A DNA stretch of 59,996 bases, filler included, from Sluysia triapertura (GCA_046118255.1; 5 parts of 5 records of this genome joined end to end with filler, not necessarily neighbours in it), one strand, 5' to 3'; shown: positions 8,220 to 21,507, numbered from the whole stretch's first letter. Notes: generated by a model not told the origin, from the letters alone. Numbers and translations are program-made.

Positions 8220-9140
8220 TCAACATTACTAGCTTGTATTTGTTTATCATATGTTTCAAATGCATGTATAATAGATTTAAATTCAGAAAACATATACCAC
8301 GAGATTTAACTCCTTGAATATCTGTTACATCAACTCAAAAGGACATTATTGTCGCAGTACAAGCAGATAAATTCAAATTGATCAATCTTTACATAAAATG
8401 TTGTTTAATGGGTTGGTGTCAAAATGAATCGATATTAAACAAAAATATTTTTTATTGATAATCTTATAGAATATCAAATGTTCTACGTTACACTAACTAT
8501 AGAACTCGAACATGATCCTGAACATAATTCAAAAATGATTTTAATAAGGCATTATAGAATTAGAACTCAACTATTTATTTTTAGACAATCACAGAAAATT
8601 ATCGAATTTCCCATGATAATTTATCGATACATTGGCAATATTATACGAGTAGACAACCCACTAGAGAATAATGCGTTAATATTAGCATATACCTTGCATG
8701 GTATCATGAATTATGGATTAGTTTTCCCTAAAGACACTATTCGAATATATGGTTATCCGCATACTAAAATTATGTTCTTTAGTATTTGGATTATACGTAA
8801 TGAGGAAATAAGTAATACGACAGAATTTTGGCCATTCATTAGGAAATTCGACGTACAAGTACCAGTTATTGATAGTCACGAAAACGACTCAGATCTAAAA
8901 GTAATAAATAAGCTTAAGTTCTATAATAATAATGTTACAAATTCATCTTGTGCTACATTTACAAATGTAAGTAAGATAAATGCAGAACATCCAGCTATAG
9001 TAAAGTCTAATAATAATATCATTATAATTATAAATTATGTTTTAATAACAAATCAACTCATAATACTAATGATAAATTTTATAATACCTAAATTTTATTT
9101 GTTCTTTAGGCACAGAGCTCATTTTTTATATAGATTTTAA
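8205..9140 (+). CDS. Hypothetical surface glycoprotein, 5' part decayed; intact ORF 8478-9140
   Basis: MTQL*STLLACICLSYVSNA reads like a broken signal peptide. The 220-aa ORF has clustered N-glycosylation sequons (NTT, NDS, NVT, NSS, NVS) and a hydrophobic C-terminus. Confidence 0.4.
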
Positions 9141-9729
9141 GTATTTTAAGTATTATGAGTATTGCATAATTGACCATATGTAATGGTTCTGCCATTCATG
9201 TTGGGTCATATGTAATATTTATATAATGTTAATTAATTTCAAATCTGTAAAATAATAAAAGTAAGAAGTTAGGTTTAATATTAAATAGTTAATTTTAGGA
9301 TCGTATAAATGACTGTATGTGATGGTCACCATCCATTTCGAGTCATGCACAAACTAAAATCATTACTTAATTGTATAGGTTTAGGTTTTTTAATCTTTAA
9401 AATTACTGTACTATCTAATTATTATCTTATTATATTTTTTTTGTTTACAGTTAGAAAATGTCCTAATCAACAAAGTCCATCCGAAAATACTTTGCTCGTA
9501 CTTCCCCTTGCTTTCACCGATTTCATTTCTTTTGATTTTATGATCTGTTCAATTCCTCTCCTTCCCCACTACCTAGCTGTCCACTGTGTAGGGCTACTAT
9601 TACAGAATGCAATATTTTCTATAAGAAAAAGTTTCGTAGGTCTTATACCTTTTCAGTTAAGTATATCACTGATGATTCGGAGGAGCCCGGTATTGATGTT
9701 TATCAACTGGAAACAACCATGAAGTAAAG

Positions 9730-9764
9730 GAATCTAAGTAGAAACTAAGTAGAATCTAAGTAGA
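9730..9764 (+). repeat. 11-bp tandem repeat x3 (AA[T/A]CTAAGTAG)
   Basis: aatctaagtag aaactaagtag aatctaagtag read directly. Confidence 0.8.
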
Positions 9765-10304
9765 CGCCCTCCTAATTTCTCTAAAACATTAACAAAATCC
9801 CAAAGACGCAATAGACACAGGCATCAATTAAAACATTTCTATAAGGAACAAGAATCGAAGTTATCGCATCCTCGAAAACCTATAAACCCATTCTTAAAAA
9901 GACGAAATTAGGTTTACTTCTTTATAAAATCATATAATTTTAATATATTCTCATGTTGAATTCAATATACAACTAAGCTTACTGATTTATATTTTCTTTT
10001 TATGTATATCTTATTACCTTCATTTTTCCAGTAACTTACAAGCCAGAATATTAAACCATCAGAAAAATTTCTACGTTTACATCGACTGCTATTGCCATGA
10101 AAACATAACCCCTGTCTTTTTCCCTGATTCTGTTTCAACCCCCAATACTTTGAAGTCTGAGCTAGATTTGAATCTTGCGACGCACATATTTTCTTTAAAA
10201 CCCGAAGCATCTTTCATATCGCTGGATGGGCTAGCACAAATCCCCGATTCTATAAACTCTCGATATCTTGTAGTTTTATATAAAACTTTTGTTCTAAAAA
10301 GAAA

Positions 10305-11240
10305 AATGATTATTTTAATCAATTACTAAAGAAATTACTTTAGTTTCACTACTATCCACTGATGAACTAAAACAGCTTCCCTACAGTTGAAAAGTTAATT
10401 CGATTTCTCTTTACTCCATCTTAACGTTGGCTTCATTTCAGCTTTTATGCAGAAATGTAACTCAATATTTAGCAGTTTTATGATAATTGGTGAAATTAAA
10501 AATCAGAAATTGAACAAGACGGAAATTAAAGCTGTCGAAATAAGTCGACTAATTTCGCTGATTAAATATCGACAACAATTTCCTTCTATTTTAATTATCT
10601 AGTGAGATTTGTGGTAAACAATCTCCTTATCTTCTTAATATCATCTAATTAAAATTTAAAATCATTGTTACATTGCTTTTATAATATTAACGTAATTTGT
10701 CAACTTAATTTAAGTATAAAATTATAATAAATTTATTTCTCAGGAGCATCTTTTGTATAATATGTTGTGTGTTAACCGTACGTTGCACATATTTGAATTA
10801 GTATCTTTATAAGTATCAATTTGATATGAACTTTATTAATACTTAGACATCAGAATATATTTAACTTTAGCTTTAAATTATAAAAATGAATTAGAATAAC
10901 TAATTTTTACGTTATTTACGTTGATACGCTTCGCAATACATCATCATTAAAAATACTAATAAAACTCAATAAAGCTAATATAATGAGAAAAACATTTTTC
11001 CTGAGTTATCAAATTAAACAAATAAATTAATTAACAAATGTACTTTAATATTTTAACAATTAAAACCTTGTAAATGATTATTTCTTCATATTTCTCATTA
11101 TTTTGTTTTAATTTAAGTATTTTACATACTTATATTAGTATTAAAATTCATCATAATGTCTCATCTTAATTCTTTAATAATGTTGAACTTATTCTGTTAT
11201 TCTGAGTCTTGACCCTTACATCTATCTTTATCCTTCACTG
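10305..11240 (+). repeat. Dispersed repeat family A, copy 1 (unclassified, coding-like)
   Basis: Shares blocks (ctatccactgatga; atttgtggtaaacaatc; ttttacgttatXtacgttgaXXXgcttcg; ttaacaaatgtactttaatatttt) with 41345-44450 and the reverse complement of 56520-57530. Confidence 0.8.
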
Positions 11241-11869
11241 ATATATATATTTTATTTATCTACACACTAAGTACAAAAAATAAGTATGATACTTAATATT
11301 AAATCAATAATTTAAAACTTATTTTAAACATAGGTTTAAACTAGTAGCAAAATACTTATGCTGTGGTATTTCTAACTCTTAACGCAAAATATTTTTTGTA
11401 ACTTTATAAGCCAATATTTTATCTGAAGATAAGTGTTCTGTAGTTATGGTCTTAACAAATGCTCAAATAATGTAATTTTCTCAAAATTTTAATAATTTAC
11501 TCTTTAGCTTTAACAATTTAATATAAACGAAAATAATAACTTTATTTCACAAAATACAAAAGTTTTGTAGAGATTAAAGCTCAAACAGCGTTTAACTTAA
11601 TAACCACATTATTTTGAGTATATATTACCCTCAATCAATCGGGGACTTAATAATTGAACTAACTGCAATTTTAAGTCAATTTTATATTTTCAACTTCGAA
11701 AGTTGACAAATGATCCAACAATATATAATTTACCAATGCATGAAATTGTAGATAAAATCGAATAATTGTTGTTCGGTGAATGTTGCCCAAGTGTTGAATA
11801 AACTGTTAATTGTGAACGAATTAACGTTGACGCTGCAAATTTGATATAAGTGTACCAAATTCAAAGTGG

Positions 11870-12060
11870 AGATTTCCAAATAGCGATTAACTAAGCTGGT
11901 GCTAATTTATTTACTAGTCATCAGGCAAAAGGAATCGATGAAATGTTTACAAGCTTCTATTCTATTTTTAGAAGCTAATTTTCTTTTTTGGAAAGTATTT
12001 TTTAAATGATTTTAAAAGATTTTTAAAGAATTTTAGATGATTTTAAGTGGTTTTTAAATC
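11870..12060 (+). repeat. Dispersed repeat family C, copy 1
   Basis: ctggtgctaatttatttactagtcatcaggcaaaaggaatcgatgaaatgttt aligns with ctgatgctagtttatataatagtcatcagccaatgaaaatcgatggaatgttt at ~29976. Confidence 0.6.
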
Positions 12061-13729
12061 TTAAAGCCTACTGAAATTTCTTTTTGTAACGTTCTATTTT
12101 AAAAATTGTAATTTTTATGTTGTTCCTGAAAATCGAATGACTCCCGGCAATTGATAAAATTATTTGGATCACAAGTTAATTTATCACAACGAATAGTGTT
12201 TCAATGAACGAATAATAGAAACAATTGGCCAAAAACAAATAAAAATTTAAATTTCAAGCGCCACATCGAACAGTAATCGTTGAATTCACTTTATGTAAAT
12301 TTTATTAATTTTTTCCTTTTGTGGTTCTCATATTTTTTAATTACAGTAGTTTTTAAATATAGTTTATCTTGGTGGAAGTACTTTATAAGTACGTTTATTT
12401 TTACTAGAACTTTTGAAATTAATTTATACTAAAATGATTAAATAATTATATATAAATATTTAATTTTCAGCAAGATTTAGTTTATTAATAAGTAAATACT
12501 TGATTTTCCTAATCATTCAATTTTAGCAAGATTTAAAATAAATATATTCATAATAATAATTATTATTATTAAAATTGGCAAGATTTTATTGATTGGTAAA
12601 TAAACTTATGTATGCAAGAATTGAGATATCGAACAACTCACTTCTCAGTTTATTAAAAGAATTTTCTTACCAATAAATATGTTAAAAGGGTTCGCCTACG
12701 ATCTTAGACTTACAAGAAACGGCTAGTTCGTAGGATTTTAATGGAGGTCGAATAATGTTTTAATGCTAGTGACTTCTTAGATTTGGTATTATGTAAACTC
12801 TATTTTATGATTGATGAGCAAACAAATCGTTATCCAAAGAGTTTATTAAACAAAATTCTCGGTAAATTCTTTATCTACTTTTAAGTAGAATTCTCAATAG
12901 CTTTATGAATTATAGTATAGATTCCTTTTCCGCTTTTTTCTAATCGAGGTTAAACGTGTTTAGAACGTATGTACTTGATTTACGTTCCGCTTTATCGCGA
13001 GATTAATTACTTTAGTTTATAATTAAACAGAACCTGCAAAGTATTGATTTTACTACTCGGTCTTAAATGCTGAAAATAATATATAGTGATGAGTTTAAGG
13101 CAAGTAAAAATTATATAATTTAATTAAATTTTACTAAAGGATAGGAGAAAATTTGAATAATGTCATAACGTACTTAATTTAGATAATTTGTGACTGTGTA
13201 AATTTTCAAAGAATATAATTCAAAATTTTAGATTATTCATTACTATAAAAACTTAAACTAACTCTTACAAAATAAATCGTGAGGGTCGATTCGACTAATT
13301 AGATACGTTTTATACCTGATCAGAGACGTTCTGATTAGATTTCTTAATCTTATACAACAAAATTAATGCTAAATATTGAAACATCTGGAATAATGTAATA
13401 ACGATGTATTTGAATCACTGCTTTACTAAAAGAAATAACGTTATTCACAATCAAATGAAGTTAAGACAACCCTATAACAGTCTGTCAATATAATTAATAA
13501 TTTATATGTTAAATCAGCCTGATCAAGTATTCAATATTTTAATTTAAGGAACTTGGTAAAAACTCAAAAATATATTAACAACAATGTTTACCAAAAATCG
13601 TGTAACAATTATAAAGTTAATTGTTATAATTATAATTATAAATATAATTATAAAGTTAACAAAAATCTTCACAAATAATAAAAAATTATAATAATTATAA
13701 TTATTTTAATACCTAAGCCTAAGAATAAT

Positions 13730-13808
13730 AATGGTTTTGATAATGAAGTGTTTCGAAGCACGTCAACGTAGATAACGTAAAATTAGTTATTTTAATTAAT
13801 TTTGTAAT
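13730..13808 (-). repeat. Fragment of repeat family A
   Basis: tgaagtgtttcgaagcacgtcaacgtagataacgtaaaattag is nearly identical to 56571-56615. Confidence 0.8.
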
Positions 13809-13908
13809 NNNNNNNNNNNNNNNNNNNNNNNNNNNNNNNNNNNNNNNNNNNNTTAATTAATTAANNNNNNNNNNNNNNNNNNNNNNNNNNNNNNNNNNNN
13901 NNNNNNNN
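13809..13908. other. Artificial assembly gap spacer
   Basis: 44 N + TTAATTAATTAA (stops in all six frames) + 44 N. Confidence 0.97.
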
Positions 13909-14569
13909 GGCGAAGCATCTTTTTATACAGTTAATTTTGATAATTGCTTTCACGTAATTTTACAGGTACGCCATTAGTAAGTCGTGTACTGTAAACGGAC
14001 TCATAATAATTAATTATTTTGCTGTAAGTTAAGTTTTTAGGTTAAGAAAAACACCCAGCACGCATAAATTACAACAAAAATTAAATATCGGGATTATTAA
14101 TTATAATACATGTTTATAATATAAAATAATAATATTGAGTATAAAAATAAAATATAAAATGCTTACTATACGATCTCCACAAAATGTCATTTGAAATAAA
14201 GTACATATTAATGAATACTAACATATTTTTATATGCACTAGTTGTTAAATAAGCTATATAATGTAATTACGCAAAACACATCGAAAACGAGTTCTTCTAC
14301 AAATAACTGAATGAATCTTCTACAGTTCTTAAAATATAAATAATTATTTAATAATTTTGTGATATATTCGATTATTGATGTATAAGTTAATTGTATTATA
14401 TTTTGACTTAGAAGCATCTGAACTATATGAAAAATTATTAGGTCATTATGGATGAAATTTGTAAATAAAAAGCAAATTTAGTTGATAACTTATAAAAATA
14501 AGAAATTGTTTTATTCATCAAAGTTAGGTACCCATATTGTCTATTTCACCTTGTTGGTTGTAGTATATT

Positions 14570-14870
14570 TCTTTTCTGATGGGTGAGCTAAACTTCATTA
14601 AATCTTAATGGCTTACATCTTCGCCAAACACTCACCATAGCTTTTTCTGATGAATATTGCACATCGGAATGCTTTATGCTGATTTATTCTTGTCGAGCCA
14701 CTATGCTAAAAATTGCCATATTAGATCCATTTATCATCACAAGTGACAAATTAAATCAAAATGGATAAGTTTGTGTGGAACTCACTTATTCAACCAAACT
14801 TCAACGATAATTCATAAAAATTCAGACTCAACAGTGACTTTTGATTATGGAAGATCGTGAGGCTCATTTG
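14570..14870 (-). mobile_element. Mariner transposase remnant
   Basis: Minus strand reads K*VPHKL (WVPHEL motif), VTCDDKWI (TGDEKW) and HQKKAMVSVW, with stops and deletions. Confidence 0.7.
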
Positions 14871-17800
14871 TGATATATTATTAATGTTCCGCGAATTTTT
14901 GGCAATTCCTTTTTCATCAAAATTAATTTTGAAAAAAGTTTTTAATATTTTTGAGATTTATTTAAAGCAACAAAACAGAACAGTAAAATATTAAGCCAAT
15001 GTCAAATAATAAGCTGTTAAAGTTGGCAATATCATCTACAAATTTCAACCTAATATTACATTAACAATGTTATAAAGAAATATTAAAAACTCATTATATA
15101 CATCTCAATGCTAGGCATTACCATAAATGTACCACCAAAATTAGTCTTATCGATTTTATCGATTAAAATTAAATTAATCTGCTATACGAATTTTGACAGA
15201 TAATAAACTTAATTTTTTATTTAAAAAATAATATATTTAAATTTAATAGGAAAGAGAAGATCATTAATGCAGTTTTTTTACATTTCTTTTAAATTTAAAT
15301 GCATTCATAAATTAACCAGAAAATTTTTAAACATTGTTTTAATTACTTATTTACAAATTATAATAAGCCAAAAATATTTGAAGAATATGAAATTTAAAAT
15401 TGTTCAAATAATTAAAAAATAAAATTATTTATATATATAAAATGCAAATAATCATGAGAAAGTGATTTTTGTTTTGTTATTATGTTTCTTATCATATATA
15501 ACACAAATAATGAAACAACTGAAAGCAATACATAGAAAAACTTTTTTGAATTTGAAAAATTGAACTTTATAAATACACAAGAAAAAATAAAATTCTTAAT
15601 AAAAAATAAAAATCAAATAAATTTAATTTAAATAAATCCTTTTTTTCTTTGAAATAACTAAAAACTATTTTTATTTTTAGTACAATTTTTTAAAATTTAA
15701 AAATTGCGCGATTATGTAGAATTTGGATTCAAAAGAATTTGAAAACAAAATCAGAATCTTGAACATTTTATTTAAACTGTAAATAAAATTAACATTGTAA
15801 GTTGTCATTATAACTATATAAAACAACTTACAATATTGATTTAACTTATTTTATTAAAAAGAAAATTCCTTATTAAAAATAGATACGAAGTTTCTAGAAT
15901 GATCGAAAACATTCTAGAGTTCTACTGGCCTATGATTGTCCGTTGGTTCATATAAATAACCACATTTAATCATAAAGCAACAGAATTTTTAAAGCACTTT
16001 CGTCATCATCTCGATTAATTTTCCATCATGTTTCTTGGGAAAGATTTCAAAGTTTAGCAGCTTCACAATTTGGCTCATGGACAAGGCGCTGTTTCCTATT
16101 TCCATGTTATGAGTAAGTTGTTTTTTTATAAGGACGTTTTAATTTTTCCAGAGAAAATAAAAATTCTAAACTACACTTAAATCTTTTGTAAACGAGTTTT
16201 TAAATCTTGATGTAATGAGGGGATAATTTACAATTGTAATTATTTATATAGTAATTAAAGATACTGCATAATTTTAATTTTAAAATTTTAATTCCTTTTC
16301 TTTTGTGTCTTATCTACTTTAATTTATATAATAACTATTCAGTATATTCAATTGTTTGCACTTTAGTCTAAAATTTGCAATAAGCCAGTACATAAATTGT
16401 ATCATAGTTATAACTTTCGAATTTTTGAAGTAAAAATCTAAACCAAATAGATTGATAAACAAAGATAACAGACCCTCTTGACAAAATTATTAAGAAATGT
16501 CGTAGCTAAATAGACAATATTTCGAATTAGATATATTTTATGATTCCTCAATACGTAGTTCCAGAAATGCCCTCTTTATGTCTGATCAGTTTCTTTTGTC
16601 GTAGGTTAGGAATTAAGAAAACCACACACTATAAACGAAAATGGTTTAAGACTGGACATAGTTAATATGAAATTTGTTTACTATCTTATTAAAAAACTTA
16701 TCAGGCTCGTCAAATATCGCTTCGATGATTCAATAGATTTTGTATATCTATCGTTGGTTATAAGACACATTGTGATCGCTTAATGTACTCTTGAAATCCT
16801 TAAATATAACAGTAATAGACTGATTTTAGAATCATCTTGATTATTGTTTGATGACAAATATATCACCGAATTCAGTCATTGCAGAAACATAAGAAAGAAT
16901 TAAAAAATACATAAAATACAAAAAAATAATACTAATAATTTTTTATTAATAACATAAGAAAAATATTACTGTAATAATAATGGTAATAATTTTTACAATT
17001 TTAAACAAAATTTGTTATTTTTTTATTCAAGTTATTAATTAAATTTAATGGGTTTAATTAGTTTTATGTGAATATTTTGATCTAGTTTTATGATTAAATA
17101 TTAACGCATTAAATATTAACGAGTTAACACGTTCTGCACGTAATATAGCTAGTGAGCGGAAACCGACAAAACTCGGATTTTACGAATAAGTGGTTGGTTG
17201 CGGGAACCATTAAAAAGCAGGTATTTGAGAATCGTTGAGTCATCAAATTGCGCAATATTTAATTATGTTATGGTTAAAGTTCAAATGATTTGTAAACATT
17301 TAATAAAATATGTTAAAGTAAAGATATATAAAATAGAAAAGTAAAAATCAGGTGGAGAGCTAAAGCAAATCCTTATTCTGGATATAATCAAGGAGCGACA
17401 TAAGTTCGCCTGCCAACGGAATACTATCGAAACAAGGAAAAACAGGTTATAGTAATTTCACAGTCTAACGAAAACGAGTTGTTTTATCCGCCGACATAAG
17501 GAAGATCAAATTGTGGTTGTTAAGATTAATTAGACCTTTAACCCAACCGAAATTGATATGAAAATATCAAGAATTAAGAGGGCTTATAGACATATATCTG
17601 AGACATTTTAGCGTCTTCAGATCCTATTCATTCATTCATTCAACGTATCTTGAATAAGTTTTGTCCAACCTAATGAAATTTCTTGCAATAGAAGGTGCAA
17701 GCCAATTGAGTGATACGCAATTTATCCAGAATATCAACACATGCAAAAATGCAACAAAAGCGGAAAATGGATGCACATGTGTGAAAGAAGTGCCACCAAT

Positions 17801-17922
17801 GCTTTGACAGACTCGTAAAGGTTAGGCAAAAATTATTGCATTTCAATATGAGCTAGAGGGAATAATAATGCCATAGTAGTTGAAAAACCCTGTTCTCTTC
17901 ACAGCAAATTCAGTAAGGAAAT

Positions 17923-18130
17923 TGTGGTGACCCAGCCTACACCTCCCTATATATCACATCAATCATAACATTAATCGACACAAACCTCATTACAAAAAAA
18001 TTAGATTATAACAAGTCTTATCTATATCGTTCACATTACAACACTCATCCTTATAAAATTGCAAATGCCTAACAAAATCATTTTACTAACATTTTTAGAT
18101 CAAAATAAAACACAACGTATTGTCATCTTG
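17923..18130 (+). repeat. Partial copy of C-rich LTR-like repeat family B
   Basis: Begins TGTGGTGACCCAGCC, like 21508 and 47232, and is followed by the same G-poor composition. Confidence 0.35.
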
Positions 18131-18266
18131 CCATCATTATGATACAATATCTTTTTATCTGTAAATTACAATCTTTTATTTTATATTTTTTTGTATTTTA
18201 CAATCTTCCTTTTATAATTTCTTTCCGGAAAAAATTAATGAATATTTATAAAATTATTTGTTTCAG

Positions 18267-18730
18267 GTTTTGTGATACTTATATCACTGCATGTTGAACC
18301 TATAGATGATAAAAAACGAAATTGAATAATTAATCCTAAAGAATTAAACCAGTTTTATTAACTTAATCCTGGTAAAACTGGTTCAAAATTTAACGTTATC
18401 TATACAAACACACCCTTAGTAATAACAGAACCAGGGCATGCTAGTAGTAATTTACTTAATGTTCAGGATATATGAGAAAAAGTAACTTTTATTGTGGGAG
18501 GAGGCTGTAGTTTTGTACACAAAGCAATAAACACCGAAGTAGCAGATGCAATAGCAGCTGTTATTTATGATTACGGTCACATGAATAAGAAACTGATTAG
18601 TATGATTCCAGATGAGTCCAACCATCCAATAGCTTTTTTAAGCGTCGCTGATGGAAACAAAATAGCTTCTACGTTGAGTTCAATGAATTTAGATTCTACT
18701 CAAATAATTATCACACTTAACGTGACCGGA
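18267..18730 (+). pseudogene. PRADC1: PRADC1-like (protease-associated PA domain) pseudogene
   Basis: After a tttcag acceptor: IINPKEL..LVITEPGHASSNL..KVTFIVGGGCSFVHKA..AIAAVIYD..ISMIPD..PIAFLSVADGNKI..IIITLNVT, collinear with PRADC1. Three in-frame stops. Confidence 0.75.
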
Positions 18731-19065
18731 ATACAACTATTTGGAATACTTTGCAAGAAGAACTGAATGAATTAATTGAAAATCAAGTATTGACACCACA
18801 TAATGCTATTCAAATTCTCTATAAGTTTGATAAAGTTATAAATGAATATTTGGCATCGAAAGTAAAAAACCGTTTAACATTTAGAGGAAATATGAAGTCC
18901 TATATATTTTGTGATAGTGTTTGGACGTTTGTGATCGATAAAGCAGAAGTTAAAGATGGTCCTTTGTCTTATTCTGTAGATAAAGTGAAAATTGTTGCCT
19001 GTGATGTAAAGTCTAACAAAACAGTAAAAACCGATCATGGGACTCGAAAAAATATAGAAAATTAA
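18727..19065 (+). pseudogene. GTF2A2: TFIIA gamma subunit, lacking start codon and first ~6 residues
   Basis: RNTTIWNTLQEELNELI..LYKFDKVIN..VKNRLTFRG..YIFCDSVWTF..VDKVKIVACD. There is an in-frame TAA immediately upstream, no ATG, and conserved LGNT and YRFCD are altered. Confidence 0.9.
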
Positions 19066-19368
19066 TACGATGATAATTTTATTTGGAAGTACAAAAATAA
19101 TTTAAAAAGAAATTTGTTTTAATATTTTTCGAATTTTGAGGTTTATAATATTTTATTACAATCCTAATTTAATTGTTTTCGTGAGTCATTAACAAATACA
19201 AATAAGTGTTATTGGGATTTTAAAATCATTTTATATTTAAAATTGTTTATAAAAATTTGATTACGCAATGTATATATAGCTGCATATGACAATTTGAGAT
19301 ACCACATTTTGTTTTATATGCACTAATTTTTTTGATAAACATAAGTAGAAGTAATTTTACTATCAATA

Positions 19369-20623
19369 ATGTCAAATCGTTCGAAGTCTCCTTTGTATAA
19401 TTACGTTAAGAAATTGTTAGAAGATAGTAAATCTGCAACTGTTGAACATGATATTGAAGACAATAATTATTATAAGAATAAATTAATTTTGAAAACAAAT
19501 GATAGTTCATTAAAAATACAAATAGTGCTCGGATCAACAAGACATCGACGCTCGCTTATAAAGTCGCACGGTTCTATTCGAGAAACGTTGTCTGAATGTT
19601 TGATGATTCCAGATAATTCGAATCAGCCATTAAAGGAAGAAATAATTAAAATACTAGAATTAGTAGATTTTTTGTACTCAAATAAGTTTGTTTCTTGTAA
19701 GGAAGAATATCATCCTTATATTTTAAAATAAATCCTACGTTTGTAAACTTAATGGTTTCTGTAATCTATAATTTTAATATAAAACCTAATATGGATGATA
19801 TTTTTGAAATAATTGACCAAACCGAATATTTGAAATTAATCTTGCACCAGTATCGAATAATAATGTTTCTGTTCGAAAGAGAGGTTCAGATTACAGAGTT
19901 TGTGGAGTTTATTGATTGCATAGAATTGTTTATTTAAGTTTTATAATTAATTTGCTAAACAGCAGTCAAGTCAAACAGGAACATTACTTACTTGGTACCA
20001 ATAACGAGTTAGTAGACATAGAAGCTTATAACGTCATTTTTGATTTAATTTTTTATATAATTTTCGATTCAATTATTGATTCAATTGAAGTGTTTATTTC
20101 TGTCGTTCGCATTAATTACATGATGCATCGTTATTATAATAATAATCTTACTTGGATAATGTGTTTTCACAACCCGGCCGTCGAACTTAACTTTTTAAAT
20201 AATTTTGAAACTGTGAAGACTAATGAAGTAGACATTCATATTTCAGGTGAATACGTTCATAAAGAGCTAAATGTTGCCGAGATTTGTAACAACCACGTTA
20301 TTGTCCATCCTGAATACAATATTCTTTTTGTTTTTATGTTCTATCAAATTGATATAATTTTTTATTACGAAGTTAACATTTTAGATGATTTTAAAAATAA
20401 AAAGACGAACAAAATTAATACGTACAATGTGAATGAACGCATTCATCGAGGCCAATATAGAGTCTTAAATAATTTTAAAATTCACTATAGTTACGTCACT
20501 GTTTACTTTCTGTATGATATTTTTATCACTTCTAAGCCTTATTGTACAACTTATATTGTTCAAAAATTTGAGACAAGTGCATACAATGACCTGATATTCG
20601 ACAGAGCCATTACCTGTAATTAA
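19369..20623 (+). pseudogene. Fragmented ORF series, unknown product
   Basis: Three consecutive same-strand ORFs (120, 61, 235 aa) with coding-like composition; no recognisable motif. Confidence 0.4.
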
Positions 20624-21507
20624 TGTAAGTCTTATATGTGCTTAGAGTTTTTTGTAAAGTTTGTCCTATTTATGTACAATAAAAAATTTTCATGTTATTT
20701 TTACTTCAAAGTTTTCTTTCATAAAGAAATTTTTGAGTGCCTTAATCGCCAATTTTGTGATAAATAAAATTTCTCGTAGTAATATAAATAATAAAAGAAA
20801 TAACAATAATTTTAATTATGCAAATAATAATAATAAAAATAACGCCACAACAGAAATAAACAGAGTGTAGAAAACGTAAACACATAAAAAAGAGTGCCAG
20901 CCACTATTAAAGTTACCCGTATTAGATCTCGTGCGATAATTATTTATAATTCATAATAGTTCTTTAGGATGTTTGGTGAGAAATTAAAGATATTAGCAAA
21001 TACTCTGAAGGTAAAACAAAGATGTGAGTGATTAGGTTAATATCCATCTTACTTTAAGTCTATTACTCCTAGTTAAAAAGTTATAAAATAAAATAGGACC
21101 CTATTCTTGACTCAAAAGCTGTCAGCTGAAATGCGAAAAGTTTCGGCTAAATGACACTAAACAAAAAAATTAATAGAGTACATAAAAATATATGGTAAAA
21201 TGCATACATTTTTGTATTTTATTTATAACCAGGCGTATTAAGAAACCTACTACCTACTACCTAATAAATGGATAGCGCAATCTATAATAAAGCTTTAGTT
21301 ACCGTCGACGATTATGTTTTTCAGGTTTTAGTGATGGAAAGTTATGCTCCGGTCGATACTTTAAATTTTATCTCTATAGTTATAGGTTATCTTGAGAGCT
21401 TTGACTTGTCTTTTGATTAACAGGTATTCAAATTGTTTATTTCTTTCTTGAAATAAATGTAAGTGCAATTTGTAAGATAAATTTTATATATCACAATTAA
21501 TCACAAT

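Larger units (their letters stand above)
1..9140 (+). mobile_element. Ty3/gypsy (Metaviridae-like) LTR retroelement / endogenous retrovirus-like element, 5' part (gag, 5' LTR) outside the window; right boundary uncertain
   Basis: Pol domain order PR-RT-RH-IN with gypsy motifs; the frame is open from position 2. A glycoprotein lies upstream of pol, and same-strand packed ORFs lie downstream. No LTR could be delimited. Confidence 0.9.

Noticed and set aside
9170-9960. 3' LTR and polypurine tract of the main element
   Set aside because: TGTAAT candidates at ~9179 and ~9211 lack a convincing PPT, and there is no second LTR in the window to compare.
10355-10400. Hammerhead ribozyme (CTGATGA...GAAA)
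   Set aside because: Stems I-III cannot be formed, and the core is not conserved in the other family A copies.
11760-11960. Rab21-like GTPase remnant (LFGECC.., AKGIDEMF)
   Set aside because: No intact G-boxes, and the segment is explained by non-coding repeat family C.
15950-16118. TATA box plus exon ending in GTAAGT
   Set aside because: No recognisable protein and no partner exon; such signals are common by chance in AT-rich DNA.
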